From the IMG/VR virus record IMGVR_UViG_3300017565_000002, positions 151,804 through 215,803 of that record: 64,000 bases of DNA. The stretch is one strand, 5' to 3'. Positions within the stretch are counted from its first letter, which is position 1. The number at the start of each line of letters is the position of its first letter. The translations under genes were made by a program, and so were the position numbers. The notes beneath the pieces are model-generated. The model did not search any database and was not told where the DNA came from. It saw only the letters and a list, made by a program, of their open reading frames with translations. Shown one piece after another: positions 1-9,305 of the stretch. The DNA is from a virus. Taxonomy: Duplodnaviria > Caudoviricetes.

Positions 1-507
1 TACAGTCTGCAAAGGGTCGGTCTCAAAATTCACGAAACCAAAAACCTTACACTTGCAGAGTTTGTGGGCTATCTCTTTATGACTGTATTTACGCCATCCA
101 TTAAGACAAAAATAGTGGATGTCGCATCAAATTTGTCAGCAGAGGAACGGGATTTAAAGATTGCAGCTACTGCAATCAGGTTGGTTATTCCAGTTATGTC
201 CGAATATGTTTCAGTAAACGAGTTGAGAATGAAAAGTACAATGTTTAAAATCATTGAACCAGTGTTCGAGTTATTCGAAGAGACTAAGAGAATTCCTAGC
301 ATCATCCGGAAACTCGTAAACGCTAGACTGAAGGATAGTCACACGAAAAATATTAAGATGTACGAAGTTCAAGGCTTAAATCTGGAAGAAACGAGAGATC
401 ATATCTATCGGATGGTCTTAACGGATGCTATTTTCAAGACTACCGATTATACATCTATAAGCACTATCATTGACTCGCAAATCGTTTTCAATCTCAATTC
501 CCAATAG
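1..507 (+). CDS. Hypothetical protein, 5'-truncated by window edge
   Basis: Frame 1 is open from base 1 (YSLQRVGLKIHE...) through the tracked GTG at 64 to the stop at 507; no family recognised. Confidence 0.6.
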   Translation, partial: YSLQRVGLKIHETKNLTLAEFVGYLFMTVFTPSIKTKIVDVASNLSAEERDLKIAATAIRLVIPVMSEYVSVNELRMKSTMFKIIEPVFELFEETKRIPSIIRKLVNARLKDSHTKNIKMYEVQGLNLEETRDHIYRMVLTDAIFKTTDYTSISTIIDSQIVFNLNSQ

Positions 508-541
508 TAAAAAGGTCATATCGAATTAGGAGGAAACGAAA

Positions 542-1048
542 ATGAAACTATATGTATCTTTCCACTGTGTCTTTACTTATTTGGGCGGTCATCTCGAATT
601 CAATAGTTTACCCGGAGAGAATACACCGGTGTTGCTACAGGTTAATACCGAAGAAGGAGTGACTTTTCGTGCGGAATTCCGCGAGTTTGATCGTGTATCG
701 AACCTCATGGAAATGGCATACCCCGATACGGATATATTCCAGGATATCAGATCAAGACTCAAGCATTCGGATATTCAGTTTTCAGATATAACCGATAGCA
801 TATATGCTATCGACTATAGCGAAACGAACCCGAATGTGTACTCGTTTGATATAAAGGCAATGTCACACACCGTCGTATTCGAACTGGATAAATGGATGGA
901 AAGGCTGGCCCAAGTGTGCAATATGAAAGATAAAGACCAGTTCGAGCTTGTTGGCTCCAACTCGTCGATCCAGAGCTTTATTGCGCTTGTATCAGCATCC
1001 TCTAATTTCAGACGGGGCATCAAATGTAGGTTCGTATACATCGCGTAA
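542..1048 (+). CDS. Hypothetical protein (168 aa)
   Basis: AGGAGG RBS upstream of ATG; no recognised motif. Confidence 0.7.
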   Translation: MKLYVSFHCVFTYLGGHLEFNSLPGENTPVLLQVNTEEGVTFRAEFREFDRVSNLMEMAYPDTDIFQDIRSRLKHSDIQFSDITDSIYAIDYSETNPNVYSFDIKAMSHTVVFELDKWMERLAQVCNMKDKDQFELVGSNSSIQSFIALVSASSNFRRGIKCRFVYIA

Positions 1049-1097
1049 TATGCAGAGAAGACTGATATATAACTATCAGTCTTCTTTTTTTATCAAA

Positions 1098-1109
1098 AAC
1101 ACATTATTA
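1098..1109 (+). promoter_or_regulatory. Putative late promoter AACA-N6-TA
   Basis: AACAcattatTA just upstream of the RBS of the 1127 gene; matches the AR9 non-virion RNAP consensus. Confidence 0.55.
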
Positions 1110-1126
1110 AAGGAGCGTGAAATAAA

Positions 1127-2359
1127 ATGAGGGTATTGAACGTTGAAAATCTAATTGAGAATCAGAGTCAGAAGCATCGTGAACGACTCGTCTCTCAATT
1201 TAGCCGTTTAACAGATTCTAATCCATCATTCGTCAGATATTATTCCATCGATGGGGTTAACTCTACGGCAGAACTGGGTACACGGGATATCATGCAATAT
1301 GTCGGAGATGATTCCCCGGTTCAGTTTAAACGCGTTGAAGGTGTTCCACTATTTGCCCGCAATCCCATTACGAGTGAAGTTGTATATGATGAAAGTCTAG
1401 GTAGTTATACGTCATTTAGTGATGAGGCTTTGATAAACGTATCGGTTATACGTCCACTACCCGGAGACCACTTTGTCGACCCAGACTTTAATCCTGAGGT
1501 TATCTTTATTATTACGGAGACGAAGATACGAGCAATCCGGGGTGAGGATCACTATCAAATTTCGTTTAGTGTTGTTCCGACATCAAGACTCCTGAATATT
1601 GAACGGCAGGTAACTGAACGCTATAAGACAATCTTTAGAAACATCGGCACAGAGGATACCGTCCTTATCAAAGAGCAAGATTACAATCTTCTCAATGAAT
1701 GTGTGGCGGCATATTCAACTATCCAAGAACGATACCTGAATGAAAATCTTGATACCGATATCGCCTACCTTAAGACACCAGATTATTTGGATCTCGACGG
1801 GTGTGTCGGCTACGGGACTTGCAAATACCTGATTCGGTTCTTAATGGAGAATCGTGTAATTTACTTTGACGAGATCTTGGAATCGATTTTTGCATTTGAG
1901 ACGGTACTGCCATTCCAAGCGAAGCATAATATCAACTACTCAAGATCGTTCCCTCTTCATAAATTCCTTAAACGGAAGATAGTCAAGGGTACGCAGTATG
2001 TAACATTCCGGGCATTACCCATGTCTTTATTCCGTGAAGTGTCCAACGAACTCATGGAGCAATCTATCGAGTTCAAGTTCTCACCGGGTGGATCTACACA
2101 CACACCCGATATAAAGGAATTTGTTTTATACACAGAAGAATTTACGGATATTATTATTGATAAGGATTATGACAATGCTACACCGATGGAGAAAGTCATT
2201 GCAAAATTCGTCAATGACGAAGATATTACGATAGAAGAATTTATGGATATTATTGACGATTATGACGTAACAGATCTGTTTAGATTCTACTTTATACCGC
2301 TGATCCTTGTCATCCTAAAGGTAAAAATTAAAGCGCTACAGAAAATAGGCAACAATTAA
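1127..2359 (+). CDS. Virion structural protein, possibly neck/head-closure protein (T4 gp14-like N-terminal domain)
   Basis: Pattern VRYYSID...IRPLPGDHFVDP...IFIITE resembles gp14 (CYYVPRE...PKEGDLIYFP...LFEI); late-type promoter upstream. Confidence 0.45.
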   Translation: MRVLNVENLIENQSQKHRERLVSQFSRLTDSNPSFVRYYSIDGVNSTAELGTRDIMQYVGDDSPVQFKRVEGVPLFARNPITSEVVYDESLGSYTSFSDEALINVSVIRPLPGDHFVDPDFNPEVIFIITETKIRAIRGEDHYQISFSVVPTSRLLNIERQVTERYKTIFRNIGTEDTVLIKEQDYNLLNECVAAYSTIQERYLNENLDTDIAYLKTPDYLDLDGCVGYGTCKYLIRFLMENRVIYFDEILESIFAFETVLPFQAKHNINYSRSFPLHKFLKRKIVKGTQYVTFRALPMSLFREVSNELMEQSIEFKFSPGGSTHTPDIKEFVLYTEEFTDIIIDKDYDNATPMEKVIAKFVNDEDITIEEFMDIIDDYDVTDLFRFYFIPLILVILKVKIKALQKIGNN

Positions 2360-2362
2360 GTA
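2351..2362 (+). promoter_or_regulatory. Putative late promoter AACA-N6-TA
   Basis: AACAattaagTA upstream of AAAGGAGG and the 2398 ATG. Confidence 0.5.
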
Positions 2363-2397
2363 ATGACAGAGTTTATTCTAAAAGGAGGATATGCACT

Positions 2398-2700
2398 ATG
2401 TTTACAATGCTTGCACAAGAAAGACATAAAAAGTTGGTAGAGGCTGACCAAGCCCGTCTGATCAAGGAAGCTGCGGACGATGTCATCCCGGATGATTACG
2501 AATCCGAACCGGTAAGCGGCGAAGATTTGGACTCTGTAACCGGGGCCGACGAAGACTCCGTAACTGAAGAAGAGATGAGCGAATTGGAAGATCTTTTCGA
2601 CACTTGGATCGAGGGAACCGCTGATGAAGAACAAGTTGAACAGCTGTCTGACGACGAGTTAGAGCAGCTTGTAGCAGATCAAAGCGCCGACATGGCTTAA
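2398..2700 (+). CDS. Small highly acidic protein (100 aa)
   Basis: Strong RBS; very D/E-rich sequence. Confidence 0.75.
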   Translation: MFTMLAQERHKKLVEADQARLIKEAADDVIPDDYESEPVSGEDLDSVTGADEDSVTEEEMSELEDLFDTWIEGTADEEQVEQLSDDELEQLVADQSADMA

Positions 2701-2723
2701 TTCAACAAAGGAGGACAAGTGAA

Positions 2724-3449
2724 ATGAATAACACCGCTAACGGGAAATGGGTCGTAATCAATGATATTGGGAGGGAACTTACGCCCGTTGGGTTCGGGCT
2801 AAGGAGTCCAATCAATAGACCTTACTTTTTTCCATTTGAAACGATTTTTCTCCTTTTGACAAGATCCGGTGTCACGAATATGTGGGAAGTTTTCCTGAAA
2901 GACCCGGAACTCCGGGTAAAACTCGATGCCACCAACTTCCGGCGATCATTCTCGGAACTGTGGGATGAGCAATATCCTGAAACACCATTCCCATGGACCG
3001 AGGCTGGTAACATGGAAACTGATCCGTCGTTTGCAATACCACCGGGCGAAAATCAAGAACCCTCGTGGGAGATTACCTCTCCCGTAGAAGAACAACCTCC
3101 GTTCGAGGGAGGAAATCCCGACGAAGGCGGCGACGAAATTCCACCGGCTGGCGAAAACCAAGCATCTACAGGAGAGAACACTCCTCCGGCAGATGAACAA
3201 CCTCCAGTTGTGGGTGGGGAGAGTGACGAAACTCCACCTGCCGGTGAAAATACTGAGGAAACTCCGACTGAAAATGAAGAGAATACCGAGACACCACCGG
3301 AGCAAGAAACCAACCCTGAAACTGAACCTCCGGTTGAGACACCTCCGACGGAAGAAGAACCAGAAGAGGTTGCTGATGAAGTTATCACCGAGGAAGAACC
3401 TGAGCCGAAGGTTGTCGAGAGGCAGCAAAAGAAGCAAAAGAACCGCTAA
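2724..3449 (+). CDS. Protein with globular N-terminus and long Pro/Glu-rich disordered tail
   Basis: AAAGGAGG RBS; repeated E(E/N)TPP-type motifs; basic C-terminus RQQKKQKNR. Confidence 0.75.
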   Translation: MNNTANGKWVVINDIGRELTPVGFGLRSPINRPYFFPFETIFLLLTRSGVTNMWEVFLKDPELRVKLDATNFRRSFSELWDEQYPETPFPWTEAGNMETDPSFAIPPGENQEPSWEITSPVEEQPPFEGGNPDEGGDEIPPAGENQASTGENTPPADEQPPVVGGESDETPPAGENTEETPTENEENTETPPEQETNPETEPPVETPPTEEEPEEVADEVITEEEPEPKVVERQQKKQKNR

Positions 3450-3473
3450 TCCGAACTTATTCGAATAAGATAA

Positions 3474-3497
3474 GAGGATGGGATAATTCCCATCCTC
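3474..3497. terminator. Bidirectional intrinsic terminator
   Basis: GAGGATGGGA-taat-TCCCATCCTC between convergent genes. Confidence 0.7.
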
Positions 3498-3505
3498 CAC
3501 TTCTA

Positions 3506-5095
3506 TTAAAATTTTGCAACCCGTGACAGGTTCTTGAATTCTGGTACGTCTGGATGCTGAGAAGGTCTTTTAGTTAATGCGTATAGCGTCTGGACAAAAT
3601 CCCGTTGAACTATCCGAATATTTTCGTTTGTCAGTGTGAGAATATTCTTTTTATCCTTGGTCTGACGCTCAGCATCCGCATTTGCTTCGTTTGTGAATAC
3701 ACCCAATACGGACATCATATCTCCATCAAAATCTGCGCCATATCCCGTGATATAGGATAGAGGTGGAGTCAATGTATCTATAAATAATCGATCGCTTGAA
3801 GTGTCAGGCTTTACCACTGGATAAAACTTGTATACTTTATCTCCAATGATTGCCGGTGTAGTTTCTTTCGTTGTGAGAATTGCGGTTTTAAATGGTGAGA
3901 TACCGAAATTATCTTCAATCGGATACCGTGTCGAGTATACATGTTTGGAGTCCTGTATGATATCCGTACATACGATATACAAGATATCGGTCCATGTCAT
4001 GTCCCGTTGAATACTCGTATTCTCTTTTCCAAACCGACCCGAGATCTTCAGCTTAAGTTTCAGATTATCAGCATTCTTCGGAATATCTATCGACTCAAAC
4101 CGTGTAGATGTACCGAAGATGAATTTTTTAACCATTTTAATAATATACTCATCCGAGAATTCAGATTCTGGATCAATTAATGTCGTGTATTTCATTTCTC
4201 CGGTCTTGTCGTCTATATACCCATACTTCCCGCTATAGACGAACTCATTATGGAAGAATTCTCGTACACCGTATATAACCAGCGGGAAGAAATTCGAGCA
4301 TATTGTGGCCAATGGCACACCCAGATGATTGAACTTTACATGCATGTCTTTAAACGTTTCTCCCTCAATCTTAGGAGCGGAGATAACTAATCGTGCACCA
4401 AAGTCTACACTCTTACTTAAGATGGCTTTCTTATAAGTACCATGTTTAGATTTGAGATGTTTATCTACAATCTCGTCATGGATCTTATTGAGAAGTAGCT
4501 GGATTCTGCCCTTGGTTAGATCAGACACAAATCCATATTGCTCCTGCTGGGACACACTTGTTACCATCCGGATGATGTTGAGATAATCATCATTGATTGC
4601 ATCGGATGATGGTCTCCCTAATTCGTTAATATTCAAATCACGATAGAAGGCTGGGAGAACGATAAATTTATTGATCCATGTCTTGGGTGTGTCTTGCAAA
4701 CTTTTCTGTCTCTCAGTACCAAAGATTGATTTTGTTTCTTTGAATTTAATCTTGCTCCAATTCTTATACAGGAAATCTAACCCTGTCTCACCCTGTGGAT
4801 CTTCTTCAATTCGACCATCATCTGTAATACGGTAGCGTTTGGTACCCAGAATCAACGATTCAAATTTCCGATTCAAGGTTTTCAAGTTGTAATAAGAGAG
4901 AGGGTGTAGGTAATGGCCTTTTAGGTCAATGTATGCCGGTATTGATTTTCTTTCATACGCGGAGAACCCGAAGATGGAGTTACTAAATAGGCCATTTTCC
5001 GTTGGAACACCTCGATCGAGTAGGCTTAGGTCGTATACCCTTTTCAAACCATTTATTCGCACCACTCTTCCTATATCTGCACGATGTAATTTCAT
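3506..5095 (-). CDS. rpoC: Phage multisubunit RNA polymerase beta-prime subunit, N-terminal/catalytic fragment (probably virion RNAP)
   Basis: GLFSNSIFG; KHGTYKKAILSKSVDFGARLVIS (equivalent to [20 protein letters not shown]); catalytic GADFDGD. Only 529 aa, a split subunit as in phiKZ/AR9-like phages. Confidence 0.92.
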   Translation of the reverse strand: MKLHRADIGRVVRINGLKRVYDLSLLDRGVPTENGLFSNSIFGFSAYERKSIPAYIDLKGHYLHPLSYYNLKTLNRKFESLILGTKRYRITDDGRIEEDPQGETGLDFLYKNWSKIKFKETKSIFGTERQKSLQDTPKTWINKFIVLPAFYRDLNINELGRPSSDAINDDYLNIIRMVTSVSQQEQYGFVSDLTKGRIQLLLNKIHDEIVDKHLKSKHGTYKKAILSKSVDFGARLVISAPKIEGETFKDMHVKFNHLGVPLATICSNFFPLVIYGVREFFHNEFVYSGKYGYIDDKTGEMKYTTLIDPESEFSDEYIIKMVKKFIFGTSTRFESIDIPKNADNLKLKLKISGRFGKENTSIQRDMTWTDILYIVCTDIIQDSKHVYSTRYPIEDNFGISPFKTAILTTKETTPAIIGDKVYKFYPVVKPDTSSDRLFIDTLTPPLSYITGYGADFDGDMMSVLGVFTNEANADAERQTKDKKNILTLTNENIRIVQRDFVQTLYALTKRPSQHPDVPEFKNLSRVAKF

Positions 5096-5140
5096 TTCCT
5101 CACCTCACGAGATCATTTATTGGCTGTTTTACATATTAAA

Positions 5141-5170
5141 AGCCTCTGTCCCTATAAAGAGACAGAGGCT
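5141..5170 (-). terminator. Intrinsic terminator
   Basis: AGCCTCTGTC/GACAGAGGCT stem followed by TTT on the minus strand. Confidence 0.6.
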
Positions 5171-5176
5171 AAATGG

Positions 5177-5536
5177 TTACCCATCTTCATTACGATTGAA
5201 ACTTATACTCATCCCTTTGGTAATCTGCGTGACTGAAACGATGAATCGATCCTTTTTCAGATAGGAGACGGTGTGGTCTCTTTCCTTCAAGTATTCCATA
5301 CATCGTTTCCTCATACTAGGGGGGAGTTGAATGAAGATCGTCAGCTGTTCATTTTCTGCAAACTGGGGAGGTTCTACAAAATCACAGTGGTCGAGAACTT
5401 CCGACTCATCCAGTATTGAGTAGAGAGAATAGAGTTCCCCGTAGCAGTTTGGAACCAATCTATCGAATAGGTCGGCATTTGGGTTTCCGTTTTCTCGAAT
5501 AAGATCTACGAGTAGGTCAGCTCTATTCTTAGCCAT
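5177..5536 (-). CDS. Hypothetical protein (119 aa)
   Basis: ORF in a co-oriented operon; no recognised motif. Confidence 0.65.
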   Translation of the reverse strand: MAKNRADLLVDLIRENGNPNADLFDRLVPNCYGELYSLYSILDESEVLDHCDFVEPPQFAENEQLTIFIQLPPSMRKRCMEYLKERDHTVSYLKKDRFIVSVTQITKGMSISFNRNEDG

Positions 5537-5572
5537 GATTCAATCCATACACCGCCCCTCATCCACCGCGAG

Positions 5573-5758
5573 TCATCTATTTTGCGATTTTTTATTCCCA
5601 GTGAGTTGCTTTTCTAATTCCTTGGATTCCATCTGTGATTTATTCTTTTCCAGAAATAGTCGCCTACGTTCAAGTGCGTAAATCACTTCCCGATATGGCA
5701 TGGTTATGATCTCTTCATGAGACATGATTTGACCGAGTATTTCGTCTGCACTATCCAA
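5573..5758 (-). CDS. Small tail/baseplate assembly chaperone partner (gp51-C/GT-like); may be the -1 frameshift extension of the upstream gene
   Basis: MSHEEIITMPYREVIYAL resembles the helical motif of tail assembly chaperone extensions; the frame is open back to 5884. Confidence 0.55.
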   Translation of the reverse strand: MDSADEILGQIMSHEEIITMPYREVIYALERRRLFLEKNKSQMESKELEKQLTGNKKSQNR

Positions 5759-5775
5759 GAGCGAACGGTAGTCCT

Positions 5776-7395
5776 CTATTCGTCGTTCAGCGATCTTCCG
5801 CTGCTCAAGGATACTTCCTCTTTCTTCTTCAGTTTGCTGATCTCCCTCATCGCTAGATAGGACTGGGATAAAATAAAAAGGAAGTTAGCCATGTCAATCT
5901 CTTTTTCTTTATGCTGCTTACCGCATTTCGGACATTTGTAAGCCCGGAGGCCGTAGCGCACTGTATCCTTGTTTGCATACTCGTCGATCTGCTCATCGAT
6001 AACATCCAAGGAGTCTTCATCCATTGACAGCAGTTCCAACATTTCTTCAATGCTGTCGTATTTCACGTACAAGCCATCTTCATCCGGGATGGCAATGTAG
6101 TTGATATACAGCAAGTATCCAACCGAGGAACTGTATTTCGTGAGATCTGTTTTAGCGGCCATTTCTTCCAAAGTGTCATTCAACACGATGAAATCCCAGA
6201 TCGTTGGGTTTCGGAATCCAACGACAAGACCGTTTGGAAGTAAAACGCGCTTTTCTTTGCTGACTGCGGATTGTGCTAACACTTGACTGATGTCCGTGTT
6301 TTTATACAGGATATAGTCTGACTGATCTCTAAACTGATCCGCGTTAAGAACCATATCCGCCGCATGGATATTCAGCTTGAGATCCTGACCACACTTCGTA
6401 TCTTCACAGGTCACCGGGAACTCGTTATTCTCCGGGAAAGACCCAATGAAGAGGTTGAAGTACAACGTTTGTATGTCTTTGTAATATACGAGCTGTGCAA
6501 ACTGAGACAGACTCATATGACGTCCCAGCGATGTATCAACCAGATGCTTCTTGATGAAGCCAAGTTTCTTCATCTCTGCTTCTGAGCGTTTCTTGGCAGT
6601 CATGTTATTCATCTGGATGATTTCCGGGATTGGTGCCCCAGATAGCGTAACATGGAAGCCGGAGTTGATCAACGGCATTGTGACATGAGGGTGCCGTTGG
6701 ATGAAACTTCTCATGAGACCTTTTTTAAGGCCGCCCTTTTTCTTCGTATTGAATTTGATCCCGTTAGCATCCAATACAGACTTAACGGTTTCGACATATT
6801 CAGTACGATGATCAATCGTGAATTGTGTGGGGGCAGTTTTCGACTGGTTTACTCCGGGCTCGTCGAAGAAGATTGGGATAGAGTTCTCAAGCTGGCGTTC
6901 GAACTTTTTCAGCCGCTTGATTCGTTCCTCTTCCGTAACCTCTTGATCTTCTTCATCGGTGGTAGGAGCTTCGTCTTCATCGGTTTCATCCCCGCCGATC
7001 CGATCCATCTGTCGGCGGAAAGAAACTACATCTTCATCATCGTCTGCTTCATCCCGGAGCTGCTCGCTGGCCTCCGTAAGAGTTTTTACGGTGCCCAATC
7101 CCCGAGATTCACGAAGACTGTTTATTTCCTCCAATGCGCTCATTTGTGTATTCTGGAGCGCACTGTCAAACTCATCAGCGTCGGGGTCAACCCGACCACT
7201 CAGCAATCGTTCTTTTTGTTCGTTTGTCAATGAACGATACACCGCATTGTCCTCAAGTCCAGAGCTAACTGACGGTGGGATGACATGTGGTTCAACCGTT
7301 TGTTCGTATTCTTCCTTATTTTCAGATTGTGAGGTATTGTGTTCCAACTGCTCCATAATTTCGGAGAGTTTTTTCGTACTCTTTTTCTCGGACAT
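5776..7395 (-). CDS. Baseplate hub assembly chaperone (T4 gp26/gp51-like) with acidic N-terminal extension
   Basis: Two Cys pairs (FPVTCEDTKCGQDLKLNI; YKCPKCGKQH); adjacent to the gp25-like gene. Confidence 0.6.
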   Translation of the reverse strand: MSEKKSTKKLSEIMEQLEHNTSQSENKEEYEQTVEPHVIPPSVSSGLEDNAVYRSLTNEQKERLLSGRVDPDADEFDSALQNTQMSALEEINSLRESRGLGTVKTLTEASEQLRDEADDDEDVVSFRRQMDRIGGDETDEDEAPTTDEEDQEVTEEERIKRLKKFERQLENSIPIFFDEPGVNQSKTAPTQFTIDHRTEYVETVKSVLDANGIKFNTKKKGGLKKGLMRSFIQRHPHVTMPLINSGFHVTLSGAPIPEIIQMNNMTAKKRSEAEMKKLGFIKKHLVDTSLGRHMSLSQFAQLVYYKDIQTLYFNLFIGSFPENNEFPVTCEDTKCGQDLKLNIHAADMVLNADQFRDQSDYILYKNTDISQVLAQSAVSKEKRVLLPNGLVVGFRNPTIWDFIVLNDTLEEMAAKTDLTKYSSSVGYLLYINYIAIPDEDGLYVKYDSIEEMLELLSMDEDSLDVIDEQIDEYANKDTVRYGLRAYKCPKCGKQHKEKEIDMANFLFILSQSYLAMREISKLKKKEEVSLSSGRSLNDE

Positions 7396-7448
7396 TTTAA
7401 TCCTCCTACTATAATGATGGGATTTCTTGATTGTTTAAAGGATATTTT

Positions 7449-7811
7449 TTAAGAGTTCATAATAGATACCAATACGTTATCTTGATCGGTTCTAAAAATA
7501 GCGATTTCTGAGAAAGATGGAGATGTAACTCCGACGATGAGTTCTGAATTGCGATACATAACTTCCACGTCAGACGTATCAAAGTCGCAGTATTTGGATA
7601 CCTGAGACTCGATAGCCGTCTTTAATTTATATGCATTATCGTCTGCATCTCCGATTCGGTACTGGAGCATGTTTATACCTTTCTCTGGATCATCAGGTGT
7701 ATCACCAGGAACCATGGTCAATAGAATATATAACTGCTGGGCCATTGCCATAGCACCTGATATAATTCGATTACGGGAGAAATCGTCTAACTCCAGTGTG
7801 ACGTCTTTCAT
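7449..7811 (-). CDS. Baseplate wedge protein, GPW/gp25 family
   Basis: 120 aa; LLTMVPGDTPDDPEKGINMLQY matches the gp25 LLxT.PGExPxxPxxG motif. Confidence 0.7.
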   Translation of the reverse strand: MKDVTLELDDFSRNRIISGAMAMAQQLYILLTMVPGDTPDDPEKGINMLQYRIGDADDNAYKLKTAIESQVSKYCDFDTSDVEVMYRNSELIVGVTSPSFSEIAIFRTDQDNVLVSIMNS

Positions 7812-7837
7812 TTTATCCTCTCCTACCCTTGGATTAT

Positions 7838-7884
7838 TAATGGATTGTTTTTTAGGGTTTATTTAACCCTAGGACATTACATTA
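7838..7884. promoter_or_regulatory. Divergent pair of late promoters
   Basis: Minus strand AACAatccatTA (7849-7838) and plus strand GACAttacatTA (7873-7884), separated by a small AGGGTT/AACCCT hairpin. Confidence 0.55.
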
Positions 7885-7913
7885 ACGCACCCATGTTCGA
7901 AAGGGGAATCAAT

Positions 7914-9305
7914 ATGAAATGTCCGATATGTCGTAAGTATATGCCATCCAAAAGAGATGTTCTTCATCATATGGATGCGCGCCATTTTGATCAAATCCCA
8001 AAAGAAATGTCTGCTTCAAAATACTACTATGCATTGAATCACGCAGGTGAAACTACAGGTAAATGCCGTATCTGCAACTCGCCTACAGAATTTGATGAAC
8101 CCACTGGAAGAGTAAGGGTCTTATGTGGGAGTGAAAAATGTAAGACAGCATTTTCCGTTATGGCATCGGAGAGAAACATGAAGAAATTCGGTGTCCCTCA
8201 TCTATTGAATTCTCAGACACATCAAATGTATATGCTGTCCAAACGGAAAATATCAGGAGAATATCTGTGGAGTGATGGTCATACCAAAATTCCTTATGTG
8301 GGATCTTATGAGAAGCGGTTTTTGGAGTTTCTGGATAATTTCCTTTCGTTTTCTCCGTCAACGATTCACTCCCCCTGTCCAATTACAATCTATTATGAGT
8401 ACAATGGGGAAATGTTATCTCACACACCCGATTTCTATAATGATATCTTAGATCTCATCGTAGAGATCAAACATGGTGGAGATAACCCGAATACACATCC
8501 AAAGATCCAAGCAGTGGATGTTGCAAAGGATAAGGCAAAAGAAATGGCGATCAGGACCACAACGACACACAACTATATCAAGATCACAGATAATAACTTT
8601 GCTCCGTTTATAAAACTTCTATTTAAACTTACAGAGAATGAACAAAACGGACGGAAAGAACGTTATGTGGTTATTAACGAAAATGTTTTAGCAGGGTTGG
8701 TTATCGGATATGGGCGTGTTCGAGATATTCAGGGTCAAGAACTCATGGATCTCGAACCTATCCTATACGATGAAACTCCACTACTTGAAGCTATTGATCC
8801 GATGGATGTGTGGATGCATGACATGACCAGATATGCGAATAAGATGTTTGGGAATGATGACTCTAAGGGTCTATTCTTCCACTTCTTTGCCCATATCCTA
8901 CCCACTGGAGTCGGGCACGTTACGATAACGATCACACTTCAAGACAGTTTTACGAATATGATTCACTATGACGGGGAAAGATTCTTTTACATCTCAAAAG
9001 ATAAAGTAAATGAACTAAAGAAAACATTCCTCTCTACGTTTAGGTATAATGGAGACTTAGACGTCACGAAGGAAATCAATACATTGAAAGATATGATTAA
9101 GAATAAGACGGTACTAAAAGAGCCGGATGACGTAAATGCAATTGCCCATGTATTCAAAATCCTATTTGACAAAAAGGCTCATTATACCCCAATGGATATT
9201 GCCTTGAGTCCGGATTTTGTGAAATACAGAGAGCTTAGAAGAAATAAGGGCATGGATGGTCGTAACGATGATGTTGATCTCTTATCCTTTGTAGACGTAC
9301 ATTAA
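7914..9305 (+). CDS. C2H2 zinc finger plus TnsA/T4 gp4-like PD-(D/E)xK nuclease protein
   Basis: Start refined to the ATG behind AAGGGG; CPIC..H...H, CRIC..C..C, YVGSYEKRF, HTPDF...LIVEIKH. Confidence 0.7.
   Translation: MKCPICRKYMPSKRDVLHHMDARHFDQIPKEMSASKYYYALNHAGETTGKCRICNSPTEFDEPTGRVRVLCGSEKCKTAFSVMASERNMKKFGVPHLLNSQTHQMYMLSKRKISGEYLWSDGHTKIPYVGSYEKRFLEFLDNFLSFSPSTIHSPCPITIYYEYNGEMLSHTPDFYNDILDLIVEIKHGGDNPNTHPKIQAVDVAKDKAKEMAIRTTTTHNYIKITDNNFAPFIKLLFKLTENEQNGRKERYVVINENVLAGLVIGYGRVRDIQGQELMDLEPILYDETPLLEAIDPMDVWMHDMTRYANKMFGNDDSKGLFFHFFAHILPTGVGHVTITITLQDSFTNMIHYDGERFFYISKDKVNELKKTFLSTFRYNGDLDVTKEINTLKDMIKNKTVLKEPDDVNAIAHVFKILFDKKAHYTPMDIALSPDFVKYRELRRNKGMDGRNDDVDLLSFVDVH

Noticed and set aside
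2946-3500. 184-aa and 111-aa minus-strand ORFs
   Set aside because: Shadows of the low-complexity Pro/Glu gene.
3506-5095. Host rpoC or an intron/intein-containing gene
   Set aside because: Too short and divergent, with no rpoB or ribosomal protein context; no insertion visible.
6652-7414. 193-aa and 151-aa plus-strand ORFs
   Set aside because: Antisense to the chaperone gene's acidic region.
7914-9305. TnsA-like domain as a sign of a Tn7 transposon
   Set aside because: No tnsB, tnsC or tnsD and no transposon ends; the gene sits in a late operon context.
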